A DNA stretch of 64,000 nucleotides, taken from positions 3,526 through 67,525 of the forward strand of contig JBBQUW010000012.1 of the NCBI GenBank assembly GCA_038212095.1. The letters run 5' to 3'. Positions 48,699-60,300 of this stretch are shown in pieces (the stretch's first letter is position 1; each line of letters opens with the position of its first letter). The stretch comes from Gaiellales bacterium (lineage in GTDB: Bacteria; Actinomycetota; Thermoleophilia; Gaiellales; JAICJC01). The notes below the pieces were generated by a model, which saw only the letters and a program-made list of their open reading frames with translations, was not told the DNA's origin and made no database searches. The position numbers were made by a program, and so were the translations under genes.

Positions 48699-49583
48699 GT
48701 GGAGCAACGAGAGCATGGGATCGTGGTTGACGGTGGACGCACGTTGCACTTTCGCGAGTCCGGCGATCTCGACGGGCCGTTGGTGTTTGTGCACCACGGA
48801 TCGCCCGGCGCGGGCCTGCAGCAGCCCAAGGTCGTCCGCGATGCCGCCGGGCGGGGACTGCGACTGATCGCGCACGACCGTCCCGGATACGGCGGGTCGA
48901 CGCGGCTTCCCGGCCGCCGAGTCGATCATGTCGCCGCCGACGTCGCGGCGATTGCCGATTACCTCGGCGTGCAGCGGTTCGCCGTGTGGGGTGCGTCCGG
49001 TGGCGGGCCGCACGCGCTGGCCTGCGCAGCGCTGCTCCCTGACCGGGTGGTTGCCTGCGCTGCGATCGCCTCGCCGGCGCCGTACGCCGCGGAGGGCCTC
49101 GACTGGACTGCGGGCATGGGTGAGCTGAACGTGTCCGAGTTCGCGATTCTCGCCCAAGGCCCGGAAGCTCATATGGCGTTTCTGCGCGGCGAGGCGAACG
49201 GGTTGCTGTCGGCCGGCCCCGGGGAGCTGCGGGCGGCCCTCTCCACGGTGCTGTCGGAGGTCGACCGCGAGGCGCTGACCGACGAGCTGGCCGTCCACCT
49301 GACCGAGAATCTCCGGCTGGGGCTCGAGCAGGGTGTTGAGGGCTGGCATGACGAGTCGGTCGCGACCTACGAGCCGTGGGGCTTTGACCCCGCCGCGATC
49401 GACGTGCCGACCCAGGTCTGGCATGGCGAGCAGGATCGGTTCGTGCCGGCGGCGCACGGCCGCTGGCTGGCCGAGCGGATCCCAGCGGCTGACGCCCACA
49501 TCAGCGCCGAGCATGGCCATGTCAGCCTGATCTCGATGAGCGTTCCGCGCGTGCATGCGTGGATGGCGGAGCTCCTCGCCTGA
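48699..49583 (+). CDS. alpha/beta hydrolase
   Basis: HHGSPG, DRPGYG, GASGG nucleophile elbow, GEQD, GH. Confidence 0.92.
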   Translation: MEQREHGIVVDGGRTLHFRESGDLDGPLVFVHHGSPGAGLQQPKVVRDAAGRGLRLIAHDRPGYGGSTRLPGRRVDHVAADVAAIADYLGVQRFAVWGASGGGPHALACAALLPDRVVACAAIASPAPYAAEGLDWTAGMGELNVSEFAILAQGPEAHMAFLRGEANGLLSAGPGELRAALSTVLSEVDREALTDELAVHLTENLRLGLEQGVEGWHDESVATYEPWGFDPAAIDVPTQVWHGEQDRFVPAAHGRWLAERIPAADAHISAEHGHVSLISMSVPRVHAWMAELLA

Positions 49584-49874
49584 TCAGCGGCCGTCGAGCC
49601 TGATCGTCCAGCGGTCGATCGATGCGATCTGCAGGTGCGACGGGTGCCATGGATCGCGGGCGAGGGTGGCGCGCACATCGTCCTCGGATGCGGACTCGAC
49701 GACCAGCGTGACGCGGTACTCGTCGGCCAGCGGGCCGCCCAGCACCACGAAGCCGGACTTCACCAACCCGTCCATGAACGCGGCGTGTGCAGCCCAGTCC
49801 GACTGCTCCTCCAGTGGCCGTCCGACGACCAAATCGGGGCCCGACCGGGTGAGGCCGATCAGGAACGTCGCCAT
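49584..49874 (-). CDS. YciI-family protein
   Basis: HAAFM...LGGPL...DPW. Confidence 0.8.
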   Translation of the reverse strand: MATFLIGLTRSGPDLVVGRPLEEQSDWAAHAAFMDGLVKSGFVVLGGPLADEYRVTLVVESASEDDVRATLARDPWHPSHLQIASIDRWTIRLDGR

Positions 49875-50376
49875 GCGCGGACTCTAGTACGTCAGAAAGC
49901 CAGGCCGCTGCCTGATGGGACAGCTATAAGAAGTCCCTGCGCCGCCTGGTTGGGCGAGCTGGCCGCTATTTCTGAACACGCTACTTGCAGCGTTCAGAAA
50001 TAGATTGTGCGGATTGGCACAGTGATTTGTGGCGCCGCGCGTCGTGCTGACCGGGCACTCGCGAGAGTTGGTGGCAAGCACACGCAACGCGAGATGGGGA
50101 TGCGGATCGGCATCAGCCTCGACGTCTGCCGCCGCCTCGAACGCGGGAAGTATTCCAATCCGCCGATCCGGTGCTGACGAACGCGGCACTCGTCCTTGAC
50201 TGCCGACTCTCTGACATCCCGGAGGAGGTTGCTGCGCTGGACACGCTTCCGCTCGATGCAGCCTCCCAGGCTCTCTAGTCAACCGACTGGTGGTCGCGAG
50301 GCGCACTTCGGGTTCTGACTCACGGTCTAGGCAGTCAGCGGCAAACAACGACCGCGCCGGAGACTACGATCGAACG

Positions 50377-50973
50377 ATGAGCCAGTCCGCCGACTCCTCG
50401 AACTGGGAGGAATTATGGCCCTCGATCTGGGGTCAGGTTGAGATCGTCCCCATCGGTGCGAGTGGGAGCCATCGAATCGTTATCGACCACCTGCTGCCGC
50501 CGAGCGCCGGTACTGGTCAGTCTGGGCTCCGCATCTCAACCAAACGCGCCGCCAGGCTCACAAGTGGCGACTTCGATCCCGATGCCGCCGAAATTGTCCA
50601 CCAGCGAATGGCCGCGAAGAAAGGACGTGTGATCGTAGCTTTCGATTCCGGATCCGGACTTGTTCTGAGCGCGCTTGCGTTTCACATTGAGACTACGAAG
50701 CCGGTGCTAGTCAAGGCCTTTGCTGTGGAACTTCAAGAGGGTCGCCCAACCATCCGTGGCCTAGCCGCGCGACGGATCCTCAAGGCGTACGCCCACGTGG
50801 TGAGCGCAAAGCTGAACAAAACCGGGGACGTCTACTTCGGCAAGCCCAAGAGGGCTGATGAAGCACTAAAGGCCGAGTTGAAAGCGTTGGGGTTTCAGCT
50901 CGGCAGGCAGAATATGTTCGAACGAGCCGCTGAATACTACCGCCAGCCAGCTGACCAAACGTCGGAGCTTTAG
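50377..50973 (+). CDS. hypothetical protein
   Basis: Long ORF with atypical codon usage; possible degenerate GNAT fold (LKALGF). Confidence 0.5.
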   Translation: MSQSADSSNWEELWPSIWGQVEIVPIGASGSHRIVIDHLLPPSAGTGQSGLRISTKRAARLTSGDFDPDAAEIVHQRMAAKKGRVIVAFDSGSGLVLSALAFHIETTKPVLVKAFAVELQEGRPTIRGLAARRILKAYAHVVSAKLNKTGDVYFGKPKRADEALKAELKALGFQLGRQNMFERAAEYYRQPADQTSEL

Positions 50974-51416
50974 TCGTCTTCATTTGATCCTGAGACGCCG
51001 ATCAGCGACCCTCGTGGATCACCCCGCGTCTCTTGAACGGCGGCTGCGGCTTGGACGTACAACTCGGCAGGGAGGTACTTCTTCGCTTGCGCGAGCCACT
51101 CCTGGCGATCGGCCTCGGGCTGGCGTAGCTTCCGAAGGAACGCATCAACCTCCTGCTCGACGAGGCCAGCGTGCTTCGCGCAATGGACATTCGCGTACTC
51201 GACGAGGTCGAATGCGACTTCGCTGACGAGTCGATTGCGGTAGCGCGTACGCGCCAGCTCCAGCACTTGGCGGGCAGGTATGTGCTTCGCCTTGCCGCTT
51301 TTGATCCGTTCCACATCATGCCGGCTAAGCGTCGACTCGTTAACGCCCAGCATCAACGCCGCGGCACCCTGGGTTGGGTATGCGATTGCTGGGATCCTCT
51401 CTACTGCGATAGCCAT
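50970..51416 (-). CDS. HTH-containing hypothetical protein
   Basis: TQGAAALMLGVNESTLSR HTH-like segment. Confidence 0.55.
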   Translation of the reverse strand: MAIAVERIPAIAYPTQGAAALMLGVNESTLSRHDVERIKSGKAKHIPARQVLELARTRYRNRLVSEVAFDLVEYANVHCAKHAGLVEQEVDAFLRKLRQPEADRQEWLAQAKKYLPAELYVQAAAAVQETRGDPRGSLIGVSGSNEDD

Positions 51417-51955
51417 TTCATCCTCATCTGCCCTCAGTGTAGGCAAGGATTGCAAGGATTGCAAGGATTTCACGGATTGAGTAGCTGTATCGACCTTCGG
51501 AGACGCATCCTTGAGACGCGCTCCCGGCACTCTCCATGTCGGACCTCCTCGCTCCCACACACCTGAGTAGCTCCCGCCCGGGTGATCACGCGCTAACCGA
51601 GGCGCGGTGGTCACAAGGGAGCGCCAGGCTGAACTGATCGAGGGTGAAGCGGCCCCAACGGCCTCACGCAGAGCGATTGAACGGCAACCAGAGCGCGCTG
51701 GCTCGATTCGAGCAGGGCCGCTACCGCTCGCTCGATGCAAAGCCCGCTCACCCCTGCGTGTTGAAGGTGCGATTTGAGCTCCGGGGAATTTATGCCAGAT
51801 CTCCCGCAACTCTCGAATCGCCCTCACATCGCAAGGCGTACTGCAAAATCATGAGGGATATGGCTCGACGGGGTCGAGGTGTCGATCGAGAGCCTTAGCG
51901 ATGCTCATCCCAGGACGCGGCCCGTCGCCGAGGAGCTCTCGATAGAAGGTTCAAC

Positions 51956-52440
51956 TCAGGCATCAAACGGCCGAATGCGAGTGTGCCGCAGGGTTTCCTC
52001 CTTCGTGTCCCAAAGAAAGCCGCCGAGTTCCCCCAACCTGACCTTTCTACCGTGCGCACTGGTGGCTTGGATGAGCACGACCGGCGCCGGGAGAGCGGGG
52101 CCTGGATCGTTCGCGATCGTTCTAGCGGCCGTCGAGTCGCGTCCGCTGGGCCTGGCGACGCCTCTTGGGTGTGTGTGCCAGTCTCCGAGGTATCGCAATT
52201 GGCTATCGGACTCGCGGTAAACGTGGTCAATGAGCCTTTGGGTGTGCTCGCGGTCCGGCCCGTATCCCCACAGCCGGTGCTTTGCAGCTGGGCCTGGCCC
52301 GAACGCCTGGACGACGACGGACCGTCGTTCTCGGCCAGGTAGCCAAACAGGCTTCCGCCTGTTTCTCTGAGCCAATGGCGCCTCGACTCTCGCTCGATCA
52401 CTGCCTTGGCGTCCTCCTGAATCCAAATCACGCTGGACAC
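51956..52440 (-). pseudogene. JAB/MPN (Prok-JAB) peptidase, frameshifted near 52322
   Basis: One frame gives ETGGSLFGY; the other gives GPGP...YLGDWHTHP...PS..D. Confidence 0.75.
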
Positions 52441-53430
52441 ACAGGACACTCCGGGTGTCGCGGCAGCTTGCCTTCGTGCCAGCGGTCGGCGGCAGCCCGA
52501 AGCTTGAGCACGATCCAGTCCGGGCCGGTGGGATAGTCGGTGATCGCGGCTGTTTGGACGGTCATGCGCGCGGTCGCTGCGATCACCTCTTGAGTGTCGA
52601 AGCCAGCGCACGAGGCGGCCGGGTGAGAACAGCCGTAGGGCGTGAAGTGATCGAGGATTCCCTCAGGCACCATCGGAATCGAGCCGCTTCGTTGGTGTAT
52701 CCTGAAGCACTCGGGGCAACCGCCACCGGGCTTGAAGGCGACGACGCGGCCGCCGACACCGCCCGGCGTGATCGCCGCCATGATCAGCGGCACACCCTCT
52801 GCCATGCAGTGTCTCCAGAGGGCGTCGGTGACCATCGCGGATCCTGTTGCATCCACCACGACAGCGGATGCGCTGATCAGATCATGGATCCTCTGTCTTG
52901 ACTCGATGCTCCCGCCCACCTGAAGCACGTGTGCACGCGTGGAGACCAGCGGATTGGCGCGCGCGGCCAGCTCAGCCACCGCCTCGGCCTTGAACCGCCC
53001 GGCATGATCAACGGTCAGCACGTGACGCACACCGTTGTTCACATCAAAGACGTCGCTGTCGACCAGATCGATGGCACCGGCTCCGGCGCGAGCTATCTCA
53101 AGTGCGAGCGGGCCACCGAGTGAGCCCGCACCAACGATCGTGATCACGGCCTTCTCGAATCCCCTGAGCTCTCGAGTGCGTGCCCGTTGGACAAGCCGGC
53201 TCAGGGCCTGGGTAGCGAACTCCCGTACCCGCTCAACCGACTCATCAGCGCGCTGGGTAATCTCAAACACCCGCCACGCGCGGCGATGATCGCCTCGACG
53301 CGGCGCCTCCTCGAAGTAGGAGACCGCGACCACAAACGTCTTTGACTGAAGACGCCGGCCTTTCTTGTGGCCCTTCTTGCCCACCGACACGTTCCTTGGC
53401 AGTTGCCGGACGGCCTCCCTGAGCGGTTCG
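52428..53430 (-). pseudogene. ThiF/E1-like adenylyltransferase, N-terminally truncated
   Basis: IVGAGSLG, DSDVFDVNNGVRH, DATG, CPEC and CPVC; upstream sequence is HsdS. Confidence 0.75.
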
Positions 53431-54307
53431 AACCGTCCACGGGCGCGACTCCAACCTTCTTGAAGTACGGACGCAGCTTGCCGAAGAGAATATCCCCCGC
53501 CTTGAATCGGCTCGTCGTCCCAGAAACGCTTGATCGCTCTCCCCAGGCGGAGAGAACAGTTGATCCGCGAGGCATGACGTCCAGTCCGATGTAGGGACTG
53601 TGATCGTCTCGTGTGCCGGCGGGCGCCGTATCCTTGACCAACTGGACGACCTCCCGCAGTTCGACCACGCGCCATGCCCTGGGAATCATCCCAATCTCCG
53701 AATCGACTAAGTCGTCTGCGCCGTCGAAGTCGATGAACCGAGACCGGAACACAGCCTCGCCGATCTGTTCGAGCGTCAAGCAAATACGTCGATTCAACTC
53801 GATCTTCTCGTCGAAGACGCCCAACGTGGTCGCGACGGCGCGTTGCCGGGGCAGCGATGGCAGCGCGATGGGAAGCGACGAAAACGTCTTTTTGTTCAGA
53901 ATCGGCTGCGCGGATCCACCCGCCGCGAGCTGTCTGAACTCGGCGCGACGAGCGAGCAGAGCGTAATAGACGAACATTGGATCCGCGATGTCTTCCCGGA
54001 CAATGATCGAGTTGATCTGCTGGTTTGTGACTGAGTTCGCGCCTGCTATGGCAACCTTTCCCATGTCCGAACCGATGCAGGACACCATTACGCTGCCGCA
54101 GGGGATGGTGGCGCTCACCACAGACCCAAGTCCATGCGGGCTGAGGTTACGGAGTGTCCGCTCGATCACTCGCCTGCCGTCCATGTCACTAGGCGTAACG
54201 AATGGGACGTCGCCCCCAAAGTCCTCCGGGAGCGCTCCGGGAGGGGTTCGCCCAGTTACGACTCGCCCGAGATCAGAGATGGTGACGGTCGAACCATGCT
54301 TACTCAA
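53430..54307 (-). pseudogene. hsdS: type I restriction-modification specificity subunit, truncated
   Basis: TGRTP, TNQQI, GGSAQP, LPRQRAV...LEQIGEAVFRSRF, GDILFGKLRPYFKK; second TRD breaks off. Confidence 0.8.
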
Positions 54308-55910
54308 GCCGCAGCCCTCGGAGCTTGACGCGAATCTCATCTTCCAGCCGTCGTCCGCACCCAAACTGACCTTCGAGGATCGCTGTCAGGTGTGCGACGC
54401 GCTCGTTGAACGGCTCATCCCAGGCAAGATCTGTGCCGGCGGTGCCAACATACCGCCCTGGCGTCAGTATGTAGTCGCGCTTTTCGATGTCGTTATGTCG
54501 GGCCGCGAAGGAGAATCCCGCCTCGTCGACGTACTCGCCCGCCTCCGGTCCGCCGCGCCAGGCGTGGTAGGCGTCGGTAATGCAAAAGATCTCGTTTTCG
54601 GTTAGCTCGATCTGAGTTCGGTTGACCTTGACGCCCATCTTCCGGGCGTCGATGAAGAGCGTCTCGCCTCGGCGGTCTCGCTCGCCGGCCGAGGCTTTGT
54701 TTCGGTCAAGGAACCACAGGCACACTGGGATCCCGGTGGTGAAGAAGAGTTGAGGCGGAAGCGCGACGATGCAGTCAATGAGATCGTCGAGGATGATCTT
54801 CTCGCGGATCTTGCCCTCTTGACCGCCGGCTGAAAGCGAGCCGTTGGCCATGACGAACCCGGCTTTGCCGTCCGGCGCGAGATGGTGGATGAAGTGCTGA
54901 ATCCAGGCGTAGTTGGCGTTTCCATCAGTCGGAGCGCCATAGACCCAGCGCACGTCGTCTGCGACCTGGTCGGCGCCCCACTTCTTCATGTTGAAGGGCG
55001 GGTTGGCCATGATGTAGTCGGCTCGCAAATCCTTGTGCTGGTCATCAAGTAGCGTGTCTCCCAGCGCGAGGCTGCCTGAGAGGCCGTGGATGGCCAGGTT
55101 CATCTTGCCGATGCGCCAGGTAGCCTGGTTCATCTCTTGGCCGTAGAGCGCGATGTCCTGGGCGCGGCCGCCGTGCGCCTCGACGAAACGGCCCGACTGG
55201 ATGAAGAGACCGGCCGAGCCAAAGGCAGGCTCGTAGATTCGGCCCTTGAACGGCTCGAGCATCTCAACCAGGAGCCGCGTGACCGAGGCTGGGGTGTAGA
55301 ACTCGCCGCCGCGATGGCCCTCGGCGCGGGCGAAGGTCTTGATGAAGTACTCGTAGGTGCGGCCGAGAATGTCTCGCGCCTCCTCAGCGCTCTGGCCAAA
55401 TCCGATTTTGGCGATAGTCGTCACCAGTTCACCGAGCTTGGCCGGCGAGAGAGCAGCGCGCGCGTAGATCCTGGGCAGTACGCCTCGAAGCGAGGTGTTC
55501 TCCTGCTCGATCAGCTCGAGCGCGCGGTCGATCCTGACGCCGATGTCAGCCTGGTTGGCGCTGGCGAGCAGGCCCTCGTCGATGCCCTCAGGGTTCGTCC
55601 AGTGCCAACGGGCCCGCTCGGGCACCCAGAAGACGTTCTCAGCCGTGTACTCGTCCCGATCCTCGAGGATATCTGAGCGCTCGGCCTCATCCTCCGTGAA
55701 CAGATCACTTGCCGGGTCGTGCGTCTCAGCCTCGAGGGTCTCGCGCTTGATCGTGAAGGCGTCTGAGACGTACTTCAGGAACAAGAGGCCGAGCACGAGA
55801 TGCTTGTACTCGGAGGACTCGACGCTGCCGCGCAGGCCGTCAGCCGCTTCAAACAGGGTTCTGGCGAAGGGCAGGTCGGTGCCGTTGCCGCCGGTGGGGT
55901 TCGTCGCCAT
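54300..55910 (-). CDS. hsdM: type I restriction-modification methyltransferase subunit
   Basis: LGLLFLKY, GEFYTP, EPAFGSAG, ANPPFN, LTPGRYVG. Confidence 0.93.
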   Translation of the reverse strand: MATNPTGGNGTDLPFARTLFEAADGLRGSVESSEYKHLVLGLLFLKYVSDAFTIKRETLEAETHDPASDLFTEDEAERSDILEDRDEYTAENVFWVPERARWHWTNPEGIDEGLLASANQADIGVRIDRALELIEQENTSLRGVLPRIYARAALSPAKLGELVTTIAKIGFGQSAEEARDILGRTYEYFIKTFARAEGHRGGEFYTPASVTRLLVEMLEPFKGRIYEPAFGSAGLFIQSGRFVEAHGGRAQDIALYGQEMNQATWRIGKMNLAIHGLSGSLALGDTLLDDQHKDLRADYIMANPPFNMKKWGADQVADDVRWVYGAPTDGNANYAWIQHFIHHLAPDGKAGFVMANGSLSAGGQEGKIREKIILDDLIDCIVALPPQLFFTTGIPVCLWFLDRNKASAGERDRRGETLFIDARKMGVKVNRTQIELTENEIFCITDAYHAWRGGPEAGEYVDEAGFSFAARHNDIEKRDYILTPGRYVGTAGTDLAWDEPFNERVAHLTAILEGQFGCGRRLEDEIRVKLRGLRLE

Positions 55911-55965
55911 GGGCTCTATTATCACCGGAGTTTGGGCGGCACGGCGGTTGTGTGCGCCCTCGAAG

Positions 55966-56715
55966 CTAGCAGTTCACGTAGCGCACCGGTGATTGGCTGC
56001 CACGCTTGGTCAGGTGATCGACGCTGCCGAGCCGGTACTTCTCGTCCATCTCTGGCGAGCGGTGGCCGTTGAAGCCGACTCGGCCGGCGACGTGCGGCGC
56101 TGGGTACCAGTCATCGATCACGTAGCAGCCCCGGATGATGCCTCGCGCCACTGCGAAGGCGTAGGCGGCACCTTCGCGTCGGGTGCCGAGCTTCCATTCC
56201 TGCTTGACCGCCTGGTAGAGCTCGTCGCCGTCGATATTCGGCGTGCGACTCCACACCTTCTCGATCTTGATCAAAAGCACCGGCTCCGTGATGTCGACCC
56301 GCTCAGCGCGGTACTCGGCGACGAGGTCGTCGAGCGGTCGCCAACCGCGGGCGGTGCCGTGCCCGCGTTGCAGGTTTGTCAGCCAGTCGTGACCGGCCAG
56401 TCGCAAGGCGTCGATCACGGCAGCCTCGACCTGGTAGGCCTCGTCGCTGCTCTCAAGATGATGGCGGAGTATTTCGACCCCGACCTGCTTGCCAGCCTGG
56501 TGGATTTCCTGTATGCCGGCCATCTTCAGCTCACGCTTTGACTCGCCAGCCTGCCACGCGCCACTGGCCGCCTTGGCGTGTTGTATGCACGCGATCTCCG
56601 ACACCCTTGCCGACGTAGAAGATGCGGTTGTCGCGGAGCGAAGCGCGTAGACGTACCAGCCGAGCTTCTCTGCCACGCCGGGGAGGAAGCGGAAAGATTT
56701 TGATTCGTCGGTCAC
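55966..56715 (-). pseudogene. GIY-YIG (LEM-3-like) nuclease with internal frameshifts
   Basis: WYVYAL in one frame, IFYVGKG..DR in another, then EAAVID...LTN back in the first frame. Confidence 0.7.
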
Positions 56716-57105
56716 TTTGGTTGCTCCTATTGAGGTCAGTTGAATAGTCGCGGCGCTGCTTCCAGTCTGTCGCGACCAAATCGGGCCCGCTTACGCCCAG
56801 TCGATCGGCGACGAGCCTGATGGTCTCCTCGTCGCGAAGGCGGCAGACCGTCATCTGGTTGGAAAACAGGCCGCCTCGAGGATCGCATCGGCGACCGATC
56901 GAGTGGTGAGCCAGTCGACCCCCAACGACGTACTCGCAGTTATCGGCATCGTTAGCGTCCAAGCTGAACCGGGCGTCGATGCCCTGGCGTTCGAAGGGCT
57001 GGCCGGCTAGGGCAGGTCGCTCGGAGTGGTAAACCTGAAGAGGCCCCGCTGGTGGCGGGGCCTCTTGGGTTCGGGTGTGGATTGGTCGCACGCTTTGGCT
57101 GTCCC

Positions 57106-57207
57106 CTAGATGTAGTGACCGAGGCCGGCCGTGGCGGCGAGGCTGACGGCCGTGGCGGCCAAGAGGGCGAGTCGGGCGAGGCGGTGGTTGGTGGTGATGC
57201 GGGTCAT
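57106..57207 (-). CDS. 33-aa secreted-type peptide precursor, copy E (MTRITTNHRLARLALLAATAVSLAATAGLGHYI)
   Basis: RBS AAGGAG, ATG...TAG; paralogous to the four peptides at 62.5-63.1 kb. Confidence 0.85.
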   Translation of the reverse strand: MTRITTNHRLARLALLAATAVSLAATAGLGHYI

Positions 57208-57255
57208 GGTGTGTGCTCCTTGTGATGTGGGTCGCGGGGTGCGTCCCTTGTGTGG

Positions 57256-57299
57256 AGTGTCGGAGCGAGTCCTAAAGCGGCGCATACGGCTGGCTAAAG
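57256..57299 (-). promoter_or_regulatory. SARP-type direct-repeat promoter 1
   Basis: Minus strand CTTTAG-N16-CTTTAG-N10-GACACT. Confidence 0.7.
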
Positions 57300-57393
57300 T
57301 CGGGGGAGGCGGCTGTGGCCGAGCTTGGTTGGCTGGTCGGCAGCGACTCCTGGTTGACAGGCTGGGTGGTGTGGGCGAGTCTTGCTTGTGCTG

Positions 57394-60300
57394 ATGAGTG
57401 CGAGCGTTGAGATTGGTGTGCTTGGGTCGCTGGTGGTGTGCCGCGATGGCACGGTCGTAGAGGTCGCGGCGCCCAAGCAGCGAGCTCTGCTCGCCTTGCT
57501 CGCATTGGAGGCTCCACGGGCGGTTTCCACCGATTCGTTGGTCGATCAACTCTGGGAGGGCGAAGCGCCCAGGTCGGCGAGTACTGCGGTGCAGGTGTAC
57601 GTCTCGCAGCTGCGCAAGGCGTTGGGCAAGGTGGCGATCGCGACCCGCCCGCCCGGCTACGCACTTGATGTGGCTGTCGGCGGCGTCGACGCGCTGGCGT
57701 TCGAGCAGTTGGCGGCCGAGGGACGGTCGCTGGTTCGGAGCGGCGAGGTTGAGGCGGCCGCCCGCGTGCTGAATCAGGCGCTGGGTCTCTGGCGTGGTCA
57801 GGCGCTGGCCGAGTTCGTGTACCAGGGATGGGCGGCGGGACCGGCGGAGCGGTTGGAGGAGCTGCGTGTGGTCGCCCGCGAGGATCTCGTGGATGCGCGG
57901 TTGGGGTTTGGGGAAGCGCGGGAGATGGTCGCTGAGTTGGAAGCCTTGGTTGCCGCGTTTCCGCTCCGCGAGCGGCTACGTGGGCAGCTGATGTTGGCGC
58001 TGTATCGTGCTGGCCGGCAGGCTGATGCGCTGGCTGTGTATCAGGATGCGCGGCGCGTGCTGGTCGACGAGCTCGGGATCGATCCCTCGCCTGGTTTGGC
58101 GGAGCTCGAGCGGCGCATCCTGCAGCAGGACCCGGAGCTCGGATCAACGTCGATGCCTTTGACGGCGGTTATCTCAGATACCGAGAGCGATCAGGCGCGC
58201 GCCGCTCGCGTCGATGGCTCCGCCGGCGGGGGCACACAGCTGTCCAGCGCTAAGGCGGACGCTCCCCGTCGGGAGCGCAAGGTCGTGACGATCCTGTTCT
58301 GTGACCTGGTCGAGTTCACGGCCGCTGCTGAGGCGAGCGATCCCGAGGATGTGGACGTGATCCTCGGTCGCTACTACGCGATGGCGCGGGGCGAGGTTGA
58401 GCGGTTTGGCGGGACGATTGAGAAGTTCATCGGCGACGCTGTGATGGCGGTGTTCGGCGCACCTGTTGCACGCGAGGACGATCCCGAACGGGCGGTGCGC
58501 GCAGCCTTGGCCATCATCGAGCGGGCCGCCTCGCTTCGCCAAGAGGACGCAACCGCACACCTCGAGGTCAGGCTCGGCGTCACCACCGGAGAGGCACTCG
58601 TCAAGGTCGACGCAGACACTGCTCGCGGTGAGGCAATGGTCTCCGGCGACGTTGTCAACACGGCAGCGCGCCTGCAGGCCGCCGCACCGATCGGTGGCGT
58701 GCTGGTTGATGCGCTCACCATGCGCGCGACCGCTCACGCGATCCAGTATGGAAGGAATGACCCGCTGGTCGTGAAGGGCAAGCGCGAGCCGGTTTCGGTC
58801 TGGCTGGCACTCGAAGCGCTCGCTGTATCTGGTGAAACCAACGACTCGTCAGTGCCGCTGGTGGGGCGGGCGTATGAGCTTGGCGCGCTTCTGAACGCGT
58901 TCGCTCGCACCTGCGAGGACGAGTCGGTGCAGCTTCTCTCGCTTGTCGGGGTACCCGGCATCGGGAAGAGTCGGCTGGTCGCCGAGCTGCGCCAGCATGT
59001 CGATACAGAGCCGGGTCTCGTGACCTGGCTTGAGGGCCGATCGCTTGCCTATGGCGAGGGCCTCGCGTTGTGGGCGCTGGGTGAGATCGTCAAGGGTCGT
59101 TGCGGGGTCAGCGAGGCGGATCCGGCAAAGGTCGCCGCCGAGAAGGTCGAAGCGACGGTCACTCAGCTGATCGATGATCCGGCCGACGCGGCCTGGGTAG
59201 CAGGGCAGCTTGCCTTCTTGGTTGGTGCGGAGGTGGCAGGTGCCACGAGCGGCGTGACTGATCGCGGCGAGGCGTTCGCTGCCTGGCAGAGGTTCGCTGA
59301 GTCCATTGCCGATCAGGGTCCGACAGTGATGGTGTTTGAGGATTTGCACTGGGCAGATGATGCGCTGCTTGACTTCATCGACTTGCTGGCCGACCGCGCC
59401 AGCTCGGTGCCACTGCTTGTGGTCTGTACGGCGCGCCCTGAGCTTCTGCAACGCCGTGCATCCTGGGGCGGCGGCAAGCAGAACGCCACCACGCTGAGCC
59501 TGGCGCCGCTTGCAGACCAGGAGACCGGCCAGCTCGTAACCGAGTTCCTAGGCGAAGACGACGCATTGGGCGAGATGAAGTCACGGGTCATCGCACAGTC
59601 GGAGGGAAACCCCCTGTTCATACGTGAATATGTGCGCATGCTGCGCGACGAGCGTGCCTCCGACTCGGCGAGCGCAGGGAGTGGATCGCTTCCGATTAGC
59701 ATCCAGGGGCTGATCGCCGCCCGCCTGGACGCGCTTTCATCAGAGGAGAAACAGGTCGCACAGGTAGCCTCGGTGATTGGCCGGGTCTCTTGGATCGGGG
59801 CAATCTCGCATCTGCGTGGTACTTCGCCAGCAGGGCTTGACGAGATACTCCACCGACTTGAACGGCGGCAGCTGTTTCGCCGGAACCGGCACACGACGAT
59901 CCCCGGCCACGTCGAGGTCACGTTCACTCATGCCCTGATCCAAGATGTCACCTACCACCAGATTCCCCGCGCCGAGCGCGCGAGCTATCACCGTGCAGCT
60001 GCCGAGTGGATCGAGGGCGTGAGCGGCGAGCGCGACGATCGCCTGGAACTGCTCGCACATCACCTCGGGGCCGCGGCCAGCCTCGACTGCCAAACCGGCA
60101 ACGAGGACGCACGGTTTGCCGAGCGAGCGTCTCGAGCACTCAAGAGCGCCGGTGATCGCGCGGCCAGCCTCGGGGCGTACTCGGCCGCCGCCAATCACTA
60201 CGCGGCAGCGCTTGCGCTGGCAACGGAGGAGGACGATCTCGCGACGGGGCTGTTGCTGCTTGACCGTGGCAAAGTGCTCTTCCAGATCGCCGAGACGTTC

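Noticed and set aside
52428-53430. Functional CBASS system
   Set aside because: No CD-NTase, effector or E2 domain is in the window, and E1 and JAB are damaged.
56720-57091. Intact gene upstream of the GIY-YIG remnant
   Set aside because: Looks like a truncated fragment with no credible start or RBS; product cannot be supported.
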